64,000 nt of DNA from Mobula hypostoma. Lineage: Eukaryota. Location of the stretch: positions 162,008,001 to 162,072,000 of the forward strand of contig NC_086097.1 of assembly GCF_963921235.1 (NCBI RefSeq), written 5' to 3'. Below are positions 13,865 through 25,575 of the stretch, piece after piece. Numbering within the stretch: the first letter of the stretch is position 1; each line of letters opens with the position of its first letter. The notes under the pieces are model-generated. The model searched no databases, had not been told where the DNA came from, and saw nothing but the letters and a program-made list of their open reading frames with translations. The translations under genes and the position numbers were made by a program.

Positions 13865-15152
13865 GTAGATCCAAATGTTTTCTCTGTTTTATTAATCTAC
13901 AGGTGATAATTAGGAGTTATACTTAAGATGATTTTCAAAAGAAAGATAACTAATCTTCAGCAACTGGATGATATTATTAAAATGTGAAATTATAGCAAGT
14001 TCAACAGAACTTTGTTTTGTAGGTTCATGATACTTCAGATACCTTCCAAATATTCTGCTTTGCCAACTTGTGTTAAAATTGCTTTCCAAGATATATTGCA
14101 TATCGTCAACAGAAACTGAATATCAGTAATATTCTCAGAAACAATAATCAGACCTGCGCTGCATCAATAGTGGATTCTAGAAATGCACACTTATATTTTT
14201 ACACATTTCTAAAGATTTAATTCCTATAATTTTGTAAGTATGAGAATTAAATAGTGTACATTTAATCACTGTTGAATTTAAATTCATGTTATGTGCTCTA
14301 TGATTCTCTATTGTTTTGGCACTTTCATGAAACTCCTGCTTCATGACAGTGCCTCATTCTAAAGCCTTTTACTTCACAGCTGTTGATTAGCACAGAACAG
14401 TAAATGTGCATGTTTACTGTTAGGGAATGTGAAGGATTTCTTTTTTGTTACACATCATTGGCTTCAGCTTAATAATTCATTTCCTATTGGTTGCATAAAG
14501 TTTATACAATTTGTATTAGCTGTTCATACTTGGGTGAATATTGGTGGCTAGGTTAGTTGCAAGGTACATGTTACATAATTTTTCTTTAATCTATTTGGTA
14601 CTGCTGATCAGCATTGATGGTGACATTTCATACTTTTTTTAAGAGTTGGTGATCAAAATGAGTAAAAGTGTTCCGAGCTAAGTGTGACAAACCCTCATGG
14701 TGTCATTCCAACTGAATTTGCCACAAGACCAAGTTTATTAAGTCATAATTGCCATTATCTGTATTTATGCACATGCTGTACAGTAAATCCTTGTGTTCCT
14801 CAGTTTTTTTTAAAACCTTTTTTAAGGTCAACCTTACCATCATTCTCCAGTATTTCTTTTCTAGTATCAATGTGCATGTTGTTCAGCACCTAAGAATTCA
14901 AGCGTGTGCTTCCAGATTTTCTTCCTGTTTACACAACCTAGCGTAAGAAACAGTTCCTTGTTTTCATATCTCCCCATCTTCATAGTGGCTCTTAATGATA
15001 TCACACCCAGATATATGATCAGTTTCCGTGCTTATGCTAACAAAATATGCCTCAGTGTTCTGTCAGGAATTCCATTATTTCCAGTCTTTTGCATTGCTCA
15101 TTTGCTTGTACAGAGCAACTTTTTTGTATGATTTGCACATTTCTCAATCCAT

Positions 15153-15350
15153 TAGAACATTAGAATATTTTTGACAAGAACAGACCATTCGGCCTAACAA
15201 AACTTGCCAAATTCCTTTTCACATAGTGTGTTGAAATAACTATCACGTTTAGATTTGAAAGTCTCTAAGGTACTATTCCCAGCTACCCAAATAGTTAGTT
15301 TGTTCCATTGTCCACAACTCACTGTATAAAGAAATGCTACCTGTTGTGAG
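15153..15350 (-). mobile_element. CR1 LINE 3' fragment
   Basis: TAGAACATTAGAA-type tail and 'ccattcggcc' 3' UTR motif similar to the other CR1 3' ends in the window. Confidence 0.5.
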
Positions 15351-15367
15351 ACCTCTATCTTCTACAG

Positions 15368-15446
15368 CAGGAGTTCCCAACCTCCTTTATGCCAGGCACC
15401 CTTTCTGTTAACCGACGGTCTGTGGACCTCAGGCTGGGAACCCCTG
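15368..15446. mobile_element. 79-bp hAT (Charlie-like) MITE
   Basis: TIRs CAGGAGTTCCCAACCT / AGGCTGGGAACCCCTG; 8-bp flanks TTCTACAG / TTATAGAG (6/8 match). Confidence 0.7.
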
Positions 15447-15704
15447 TTATAGAGGGAGAAAAAACATTTTCAGTACTTCATTAAAATGTCAACAGACATG
15501 TGCCTGTCATTTGATGGAGGATGATTTGAGATCAAGGATGTTGTAATGATGAATGTGCAGTGGATAACTAAGAAAATAGATTTTGTATGAGACCTTGTGA
15601 AATGAGTGCACAATATATATCTTAGTTGAATTTTGCTTGAGCTTTACATTCTGGTTTTTACAGAAAGATATTCCAGAGGTGTTGCAACAAATTTAGTCTT
15701 GAGA

Positions 15705-15802
15705 GGGGAGAACGTACAAACTCCTTACAGGTTGCAGCGGGAATTGAGCCTGGGTTGTTGGTACTGTAAAGCATTGTGCTAACAGCTATGCTACAGTGCT
15801 GC
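15705..15802 (-). mobile_element. tRNA-derived SINE head (V-SINE/HE1-like)
   Basis: Minus strand reads A-box-like TAGCATAGCTG, B-box-like GGCTCAATTCC, then TGTAAGGAGTTTGTACGTTCTCCCC (V-domain-like start). A CR1-type SINE tail follows on the plus strand at ~15868-15925. Confidence 0.65.
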
Positions 15803-16247
15803 TGCTATAGACATCATGTGGACAAAAAGGATTATTTCGGTTAGCCATTTAATTACTAATTTGTTTTGGCACAACATTGTGGGCTGAAGGCCCTGTTCCT
15901 GTGCTATACTGTTCTAAGTTCTAAGTACTGTGGATAGATTTCACATTCTTATTTGATGAAATCTGTAGTTAATTCAATGAAAAGGCTTTATTAAGCATTC
16001 TATAATACGTACTGCTGTATTGTAGAAGTATCTACTATAATGCTGTATTTTCCACTAGCCAGACAATCTCCATCCACTTGTTCCCCACTTAAACCAGAAT
16101 GTAATGATTATTGATTTCTTCAAATCTAACCTTGAAAAACTGTTTTGAAATGATATGAGAAGATAGTGCTGAAGAAAAATCTGGGAGATAGCTGCAAGAT
16201 GCTTCATGGTTGGATGTCTTCCCATGCAGGTTTAATTCTGATTCTTA

Positions 16248-18245
16248 CTCAGCATTTAATACCATCATTCCCACAATCCTGATTGAGAAGTTGCAGAACC
16301 TGGGCCTCTGAACCTCCTTCTGCAATTGGATCCTCAACTTCTTAACTGGAAGACAGCCATCTTTGCGGATTGGTGATAATATATCCTCCTTGCTGATGAT
16401 CAACACTGGTGCACCTCAGGGGTGTGTGCTTAGCCCATTGCTCTACTCCCTACATATACATGACTGTGTGGCTAGGCATAGCTAAAAATACCGTCTATAA
16501 ATTTGCTGATGATACAACCATTGTTGGTGGAAACTCAAGTGGTGACAAGAGGGTGTACAGGAGTGAGATATGCCAACTAGTGGAGTGATGCCGCAGCAAT
16601 AACCTGGCACTCAACACCAGTAAGACAAAAGAGCTGGTTGTGGATTTCTGGAAGGGTAAGACGAAGGAACACAAACCAACCCTCATAGAGGGATCAGGAG
16701 TGGAGAGAATGAGCAGCTTCAAGTTCCTAGGTGTCAAGATCTCTGAGGATCTAACCTGATCCCAACATATCGATTGTTACATACCCCGTAACGGGTTAAA
16801 GAACCAGCAGAAATGGAACACACGTTGGAGTCTGGTATTGCTGTTAACTAGTGCTCGTTTATTAGTAACTACGCAGTACAGTAATATAAATTCAGATAAA
16901 TCAAACAGGTTAGCAAAGTTCATGCATATGTAAGTGTGGAAATATATAAACACCAAGCTTCTTCAAGCCTAGGGGTAAATGGATACAGTCTTCCCGTGAT
17001 GGGTAAATGAAATCAGTTCAGTTCGTGGTATTGAGTTGAGTAGTGATAGAGAGAGAGAGAGAAGTGTCTAATTCTTCAGGTGAGCTGGTGCAGTCGATCT
17101 TCCCGTTGTCCTCCAAAACTTCCAAGTTAGCCAAACTTGACCAACTTAAGAGCACCGTCTTCAAATGATAGTCTACCAACCGAGGCAAAGGTTAGACACA
17201 CTGGTAGACTCCACAGGGTTGCTGTTTCACGCACCAATAATCACACATCGATCCCTCACGATCGATCCTCAGTCCTACACTTATGGGCACCTGAACAGGA
17301 TAGTGGTAGCTTCACCACACCTTAGTGCGTCTGCATGTCCTGTGAAACAAGCAATTATGCTAGTTTAAATACTGTTGTGCTGAACACCAGCCATCCATCA
17401 AGTAGCTCCTCCCTTCTCTCTCTGTAGGAACTCAGAAGCTAGCAGTGTCCTTGCAGAAATCCCAAACAAACTGTGGGCAGTCTTTGCCCCTCTCTCTCTC
17501 TCTCTCTCTCACAGTAACAAATTGTTTGTGCTGTACAACTGCACGCTCTCCCTCTCTTTTTAAAAGCACAGTCCATAATGAATAACTCAGAATATTGTTA
17601 CACGATGCAGTTATAAAGAAGGCAAGACAGTGGCTATACTTCATTAGGAGTTTGAAGAGATTTGGCGTGTCAACAAATACACTCAAAAACTTCTGTAGTT
17701 GTACTGTGGAGAGCGTTCTGACAGGCTGCATCACTGTCTGGTATGGAGGGCTACTGCACAGGACTGAAAGAAGCTGCAGAAGGTTGTAAATCTAGTCAGC
17801 TCCATCTTGGATACTAGTCTACAAAGTACCCAGGACACCTTTAGGGAGCGGTATCTCAGAAAGGCAGCGTCCTTTATTATGGACCTCCAGCACACAGGGC
17901 ATTCCCTTTTCTCACTATTACCATCAGTTAGGAGGTACAGAAGCCTGAAGGCACACTCTCAGCAATTCAGGAACAACTTCTTCCCCTCTGCCATCCGATT
18001 CCTGAACGGACATTGAATCTTTGGACACAACCTCACTTTTTTTTTTAATATACAGTATTTCTGTTTTTGCACATTTTTTTAATCTATTCAGTATATGTAA
18101 TTGATTTACTTGTTCATTTATTATTATTTTTATTTTACTATTTTTTTCTCTCTGCTAGTTTATGTATTACATTAAACTGCTGCTGCTAAGTTAACAAATT
18201 TCACGTCACATGAGGGTGATAATAAACCTGATTCTGATTCTGATT
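16248..18245 (+). mobile_element. Rex1/Babar-type LINE, 5'-truncated, split by a solo LTR
   Basis: [31 protein letters not shown] and KKARQWLYFIRSLKRFG...ESVLTGCITVWYG motifs; AATAAA plus (GATTCT)n tail at ~18221-18245. Confidence 0.85.
16775..17602 (-). mobile_element. Solo LTR (same lineage as 6969-7880)
   Basis: TGTTACA...GTTACA termini, 4-bp TSD CGAT (16771-16774 / 17603-17606). The first ~80 bp (TGTTACnTACCCCGTAAC..GGGTT..AACCAGCAGAAATGGA..GTTGGAGTCTGG) and CTAGGGGTAAATG are shared with the other LTR. Confidence 0.87.
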
Positions 18246-19674
18246 GTTTTCTAGGACATAATACTTATTTCTTATAGTTCCTCTGAGTCTAAATACAGTT
18301 TCTAATATCTATAATAAGCAGACTGCATTATAAGTTCACAGTAGATATTTGGAGAAGAGTTTCTAGAAATGAACAATTTGCACAGATGAGCTTTAATTAG
18401 ATTTTTGAACCCGATATTAGTTTAAATAGCTGATTTGGTATTCATCTAAGTAGTTTCCATATGATTTTTAAACCTTTAAGAAACGGATTTGGTATTCATC
18501 TGGGTAGTGGTTTAGCTATCCTGAAGCAGCTATTTTTCCAATGTTTTCGATCACTGTAACTTCCTCAATGCCTCCCTCTTGCTTTCATGCACTCACAACA
18601 AATATTGTTCAGGCACAATTAATGTTTTAAGTCTTCTGTCTTCAAAAACTTCCCTTTCATAATTAATTTAGATGTACATGTAAAAAATTCCTATCTTTTC
18701 AAAGTGAGTTTTTTAAAAAGTTACTACGGGGAAAGTTGTTTTCTCTGTATTCTACCTTAGCTTATGATTTGTATATAGTTGGATTCATGCACAATGTACC
18801 TGTTTTTCAGTTTCCTCCCAGAAAGAAATATGCAAAATGTGATGAAGCAAGTCTAAAAAATAAGACCAGTAATAATCGGTATTGGAACAAAAAGAAATCT
18901 TAAAGTACAGAATAATCTGACTGATGGTAGTTCCAATAATACATTTATAATTAGAATGACCAAGCTTTCTGACAAGATGCCTTTTACAATTTCAGATTAA
19001 GAAAAAATAAAATCACAGTTTATTTCTGTCGTAAAGCCAGGAAGTCCCCAATTCAAAAGCTGTAATGCACGTGGAACAGCAAAGAGGTTAAGTGTAGATG
19101 GTTGGATTTGCTGCTCATGGTTTATGAGGTCCATCAATGTTAAGAAACCAATTGCAATATCAGCTCCTGCAGTGTTCTGAATTTATAACTGGAATCTTTT
19201 CTTCTAATCAGTGAAAGTTGTTTGATGCAACATGGTTAATCTATAACCTATCATGCCTGCTTAACTAGAAATTGTTTAACATGTCCAAATTTCATCAAGA
19301 ATCAAATTTTAGCAGCAACACAATCAAAAATGAAATGAAGAGTTTTTGAGCATGAATTCCAGTGCATTGGGTCAAAATGGCTGAAAATAAAGTTTAATTT
19401 GAAAGTATGATTTTCACCTCAGTTACTTTGTCAACTACTGTATCATGTTCATAGATTCAGCTTAAATAGGTGAATATCGTTTGGTGTGCTGCTTCAGGCT
19501 TTTCTTGGCCAGAAATGAACCAGCAGTTATTACCAGGTATCTTAAAGTTCTCAGTTTTATACCCTGATGCTTTAATATAATGTTCACTGCCTTAATTAAA
19601 AATCCATTAAAGTTGGACTAAAGATGGCGGATGCAGTTGTTATTATGGTTAAACTTATTTCTTTGTTTCCACAG

Positions 19675-19705
19675 AAGGAGAGCGTGCCTTGCCTTCCTTA
19701 CCGAA
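19675..19705 (+). CDS. PTK2: Focal adhesion kinase 31-nt exon, (E)GERALPSLP(K), linker proline motif
   Basis: tttgtttccacag acceptor, CGAA|gtaagt donor; phases fit both neighbours; matches FAK EGERALPSIPK. Confidence 0.95.
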
Positions 19706-21089
19706 GTAAGTAAGCATTAGAGCTTCAAATAATTTGCAGTGTTATCTGAATTAATAATTTGTTGGCTTGATCCATTTTACTGAAAGAATATTTCTCTGCA
19801 TGATAGTGTTTAAAGTAACTTGAAGTACAATTACTGAAATTCTGGTAGAAATGAATCTGGTTGTAAAGGTATGGAAGTATATCAGGTTCCCAGGTTTCCC
19901 AGTGGTTCTCATACCTAGTGGTAAGTAAGGGCAGTAAAGAAAAAAAATAGAATATGCATTAGCATAGTGGTTTTTCATACCCTTCGTACACTCTAAAGCA
20001 ATTCACAGCCAATTAATTGCAATTAAAGTGGTCATAATTAGCCTGTAAAAAGTTAAGAGTGGGAGAAAGATGGAAGATCCTTTTTTAATTCCTCAACAAA
20101 AGTTGCCAATTTTTCATTCAGCTCCGAAAAGCAACAGCTAGAGTGATTGACTCATACTAACTGAGTTAGGCTGCGACGAATGGAACCACAACCATTCACT
20201 CATGAAATGCCCCTTACAGAAGGCAAAGCTGAGGGTAGAATTTTGTCCCTTGTTAAATTAGACATTGATTTTATCATTAAGTTGATACCTCATACATTCA
20301 GGTGCTATTAAGATTGAAGTATTTTAAATATGTTTGAACAAACACCAATTGAAAATATTAAAAGTAAACCGAATCATTACTAAACAAAGAATCTTTGCAT
20401 TGTTTCCAAAACCTCTGCTTTACAACATCATTGAAATCAAAACTTTTCTCTGAAATTGAACTATATCTGACCTGGTTCCTAAACTGAGAGGTGATTAACC
20501 AGTATAATGCTGGGAAATATTGCAGATGTATTTAGCTCCCCACAGAAAATCATAACTTTCAATCTTTTGGGCAGAAATTTACAAGATTCACTAGCCTCTG
20601 AGTGAAAGAACTCGTATCAAAATTATCATGATTATTTTTATCATATACAGCAATTAGCTTTTTGCAGAGGAAGCACAGTATATTACAAGATTACAACAAA
20701 CAAAATAAATTACAAAAATTATACATGTGCAAAATAAATGAAATAAACGTAACGACACTGGTACAAGATTGAGGGAGAGGAAGAGAGAAAAAAATAGTCT
20801 TGGGGAGTGCTAGGTTTTATGGGTTGATGGTATTACAGTTCCACAGTTATTACAGTTATAGTGGGCTGTGAACCATTGGGGTAATTTCGCCAGTGTACAA
20901 TATTGGCTCAACATTGGTTGGTAACTGTATCTACTTTCTGGAGTTTAGAAGCATGGAGGATATGTCATTGAAATACCAAAGGCGTCTGATTGAACAAATG
21001 TTTACAAGCTTGCTTGAAGAATATAAAATGAGGAAGGACAACCTGAGGAGAAGTTTCCCATTGCAACAACCCATAAAATTAATGTTTGT

Positions 21090-21183
21090 AACACACATAA
21101 AAGTTGCTGGTGAACTCAGCAGGCCAGGCAGCATCTCTAGGAAGAGGTGCAGTCGACGTTTCAGGCCGAGACCCTTTGTCAGG
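21090..21183 (-). mobile_element. 94-bp Penelope-like terminal fragment containing the hammerhead motif
   Basis: 13-bp TSD AATTAATGTTTGT (21077-21089 / 21184-21196); sequence matches the element terminus seen at 29360-29456. Confidence 0.85.
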
Positions 21184-21279
21184 AATTAATGTTTGTCCTC
21201 ATCTTGTATTGTACTTTGCTCCTGCTGCAAAAAGCTAATTTCTATGGCAGCTATACCCTGTGAATATATGCCTATGATA

Positions 21280-22625
21280 ACCGTAAGATACTGGAACAGA
21301 ATTAGGCCATTCCACCCATCAAATCTGTTATCCCTCTCAACCCCATTCTTTCTGCCCCTTCTGTTATGTTTGACACCCTGACTACTCAGGAAATTATCAA
21401 ACTCTACTTTAAATATAGTATACTCAAGAATTTGGCCTCCACATCTTTCTGTCGCAGTGAATTCCACAAATTCACTACACTCTGGCTAAATCAATTCCTC
21501 CTCAGCTCTGTTCTAAATGATAGTCCTTCTATTCTGAGGCTGTACCCTCTAGTCCTAAACTTGCCTGTTATAGGAAACATCCACCCAACAACCACTCATT
21601 CCAGACTTTTCAATGTTTGATAGCTTTCAATGAGAAGTCTTATTCTTCTAAACTCCCATGAGTACAAGTCCAGAGCTATCAAACAATACTCGTATGTTTA
21701 TCTATTCATTCCTGGAATCATTATCGTGAACCTTCTCTGCATTCTTTCAATGCCAGCACATCTTTTCTTAGATAAGGGGCCTAAAACTGCTTACAATACT
21801 CCAAGTGTGATCTGACCAATGCCTTATAAAGCCTCCTCATTACATACTTGCCCTTATATTCCAGTCCTCTAGATTGAATGCTAACGTTGCATTTGCCTTT
21901 CTTACCACCAACTAAACCTACAAATTAACCTTTCGCGAATCCTGCACAAGACTCCCTTCATACCTCTGATTCATGAATTTTCTCCCTGTTTAGAACATAG
22001 TTCTCATCTTTATTCCTTCCACCGAAGTGCATGACCATACACTTCCCTACACTATATTCTATCTGACATTTCTTTGCCCATTCTCTCAATCTGTCCCTTT
22101 GCGGACTCACTGTTTCCTCAGCACTACTTGCCCCTCCACCTATCTTTGTACCATCCAAAAACCTGGCTAGAAAGCCATCAATTCCTTCATCCAAGTCATT
22201 TATGTATAACTTGAAAAGAAGTGGTCCCAACACTGATCCCTGCAGAACACCACTAGTCACCGGCAGCCAACCAGAATAGGCCTCCTTTATTCCCACTATT
22301 TGCCCCCTGCCAGTCTGCCAATCTTTGATCCATGCAAGCATCCTTCCTATATTACATGGGCTCTTATCTTTTGTGCATCTTGTCGAAAGCCTGTTATTTC
22401 CTCAAAGAATTCCAATAGTTTTGACAGCAAGATTTCCCTTTAAGGAAACCAAGATGACTTTGGCCTATTTTATTATATACCACCAGGTATCCCACAAGAC
22501 TTCATCCTTAATAATTGACTCCATCTACACAACCACTAAAGTCAGGCTAACTGACCTACAATTTCCTTTCTTCTGCCTACCTCCCTTCTTAAATAGTGGA
22601 GTGATACTTGCAATTTTCCAGTCAT
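21280..22625 (-). mobile_element. CR1 LINE RT 3' portion, degenerate
   Basis: ORF 21958-22341: [19 protein letters not shown]...YINDLD; CR1-type 3' UTR near 21290. Confidence 0.85.
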
Positions 22626-23174
22626 TATTTAAACAATAAACAACAATATTATTGTAAATCAATAAACTTGATAATTTGATAAAGGAGTTCTTTCTCTAAG
22701 AGGTTAGTGAATTTTGGAATTCCTTTTTCTTCTACTCAGTCATTGTACTGCCTGGCTTCCTGTTTGCACTGTTTCATGTAGGGGAGCATACATATAATAA
22801 TTAAATTGTTTTCTGTTATTCCTGCAGAATTATTACACTTTTACCCGCACTTTATTTAATGACCACTCTCATAACATGTTTGTTCCTCCTTATTACATTT
22901 TTGCAACCAGCTCTTTGATTTTTTTCTAACTTCACGTTGAATCATTGAAAGTCTTGGATATGTTAAAGTAGGTACAGTCACCTTAAATCGTGAAGAAAAT
23001 TGTAATCAACTGAGATGCAAGCAATGATTCATGTTTCTTCCGATTAACTTTATCCTTATTGCATGAAAATGACCTGCTTATTCTTTTATTCTGTTTTTTT
23101 TTAAGTTCATCAATTCTTGATTCATGCTGATATATTCCTTTCAACCCATAAATGTAAGAAAAAATCTGTTCTTA

Positions 23175-23640
23175 TAAAGGGTCAATGACTGATGGGTTGT
23201 AACATTTCCTCCTCACTGACAATTAAAACGGGCACATCTCAAGGATGCATGCTTAGTTCACTGCTCTACTCTCTCTACAGACATTACTATGGGGCTATGC
23301 ACAGCTCAAATGCTATCTATAAGTTCACCAATGATACCACTGTTAGTAAAATCTCAGATGGCAGTGTATGAGTGAGATAGCTGGTTCAGTGGTATCACAA
23401 CAGCAATCGCTGACTTAATGTCAACAAGATTAAGGATTTGATTGTTGACTTCAAGAAGTGGAAGTCGGGAGAATACACTCCTGTCCTCGTTAGAGGGTGA
23501 GCAGCTACAAGTTCCTGCATGTCAGCATCTTGGAGGGTCTATCCGAGGCCCTTTGACACAATTGTGAGTTAGGCACATCAGTGGCTCTACATCATTCAGA
23601 GTTTAAGCAGGTTTGGTATATCACCGAAAGTTCTGTAGAT
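23175..23640 (+). mobile_element. Rex1/Babar LINE fragment, old
   Basis: Recognisable nucleotide similarity to 16400-16740 and 17610-17700. Confidence 0.65.
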
Positions 23641-23644
23641 TTAG

Positions 23645-24905
23645 ACCATAAGACTTAGGAGCAAAAATAGGCCATTCAGCCTATCATATCTGCTTCACCA
23701 TTCTATCATGGGTGATCCCGGATCCCACTCAACCCCATACACCTGCCCTCTTGCCATATCCTTTGGTGCCCTGACCGATCAGGAAACCATCTACTTCTGT
23801 CTTAAATGTACCCACGGACTAGGCCTCCACCACAGTCTGTGGTGGACCATTCCACAGCTTCACAACTGTCTGGCTAAAAATGTTCTAGAAGGTTACCCCT
23901 CAATTTTGAGGCTGTGCATTCTAGTTCTGGATACCCCCACCAGAGGAAACATCCTCTCTACGTCCACCCTATCTAGACCTTTCATCATTTGGTAGGTTTC
24001 AATGAGATCCGCCCCCGCCCCCCCGCACTCTTCTAAATTCCAATCAGTACTCTATACTTTATTGTCGCCAAACAATTGATACTAGAACGTACAATCATCA
24101 AAGCGATATTTGATTCTGTGCTTCCCACTCCCTGGATTACAAATCAATAGTAAATATTAAAAATTTAAATTATAAATCATAAATAGAAAAATGGAAAGTA
24201 GGGTAGTGCAAAAAAACCGAGATGGAGGTCCGGATATTTGGAGGGTACGGCCCAGATCCAGGTCCAAGGCTGCAAAACGCTCCTCATATGTTAACCCCTT
24301 CATTCCCAGAATCATCCTTGTGAACCTCCTCTGGACTCTCTCCAATGACAACACATGCTTTCTGAGCCCAAAGCTATTGATGATACTCTTAAGTATGGCC
24401 TGACTAGTGTCTTATAAAGGTTCAGCATTATCTCCTTGCTTTTATATTCTATTCCCCTTGACATAAATCCCAAACATTGCATTTGCCTACTTTACCACAG
24501 ATTCAACCTGTAAGTGAATCTTTTAGGAGTCTTGCATGAGGACTCCTAAGTCACTCTGCACCTCTGATGTTTGAAGCTACTCCCCATTTAGATAATAATC
24601 TGCACTATTGTTCCTTTTACCGAAATGTATTATCATACATTTCCCAGCACTGTATTCCTGCTGCAATTGTATTACTTCTAAAGTACTACCTATCCCTCCA
24701 CATATCTTTGTATCCTCTGCAAACTTTGCCACAAAGCCATCAATTCCATTATCGAAATCATTAACAAACAATGTGTAAAGTAGCAGTCCCGATGCTGAAG
24801 AACACCACTAGTCACCGGCAGCCAACCAGAAAAGGCCCTTTTATTCCCAGTCGCTGCCTCCTACCTGTCAGCCATTCCACTATTCATGACAGTATCTTTC
24901 CTGTA
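23645..24905 (-). mobile_element. CR1 LINE RT 3' portion
   Basis: ORFs GIDGFVAKFAEDTK (24577-24771) and LERVQRRFTRMI (24157-24354); CR1 3' UTR at ~23645-23720. Confidence 0.85.
24051..24259 (-). mobile_element. Short LINE 3'-end fragment inserted in CR1
   Basis: CR1 sequence ...CAATCAGTAC | AGGTCCAAGGC is interrupted by 209 bp with a minus-strand AATAAA and AGTAT-like tail; family unknown. Confidence 0.55.
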
Positions 24906-25296
24906 AGCATAGTTCAGGAGGGTTTAAACTAATTTGCAAGGGGGATGGGACCCGGAGCGATAGAGCAGTGAAAGAAGTGCATGGAGTAGAGAGTCTTTGA
25001 GGAAAGAGAAGCAGAATAAATGGTGTAAAGGTAGTAAGGTAGGAGGGCTGAATTGTGTGTACTCAATGCAAGAAGCATCAGAAACAAAGGTGATGAACTG
25101 AAAGCTTGGATACATACGTGGAATTATGATGTAGTGGCCATTACACAGACTTGGCTGGCACCAGGGCAGGAATGGATTCTCAATATTCCTGGATTTCAGT
25201 GCTTTAAAAGGAATGGGGGGGGGGAGGGGAGGAGGGGTGGCAATACTGGTCAGGGATACTACTACAGCTACAGAAAAGGTGGGTAATGTAGCAGGA

Positions 25297-25575
25297 AACA
25301 ACAGGAATTCTGCAGATGCTGGAAATTCAAGCAACACACATAATAGTTGCTGGTGAACGCAGCAGGCCAGGCAGCATCTCTAGGAAGAGGTGCAGTTGAC
25401 GTTTCAGGCCGAGACCCTTCGTCAGGACTAACTGAAGGAAGAGTGAGTAAGGGATTTGAAAGTTGGAGGGGGAGGGGGAGATCCAAATTGATAGGAGAAG
25501 ACAGGAGGGGGAGGGATGGAGCCAAGAGCTGGACAGGTGATAGGCAAAAGGGATACGAGAGGATCATGGGACAGG
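25297..25575 (-). mobile_element. Penelope-like element terminal repeat (single arm) with hammerhead motif at 25394-25429
   Basis: Near-identical to 27667-27945; interrupts the CR1 endonuclease region; only CAGGA microhomology at the junctions. Confidence 0.85.

Noticed and set aside
13678..13926. 82-aa ORF as a stand-alone gene
   Set aside because: Only 13747-13864 is exonic PTK2; the rest is intron read-through.
15705..15802. tRNA gene
   Set aside because: A/B-box-like motifs run into a SINE body and no complete cloverleaf is evident.
20645..21245. Short inverted match (AATTAGCTTTTTGCAG / CTGCAAAAAGCTAATT) as TIRs of one element
   Set aside because: Better explained as two old LINE 3'-end fragments in opposite orientation; no TSD seen.
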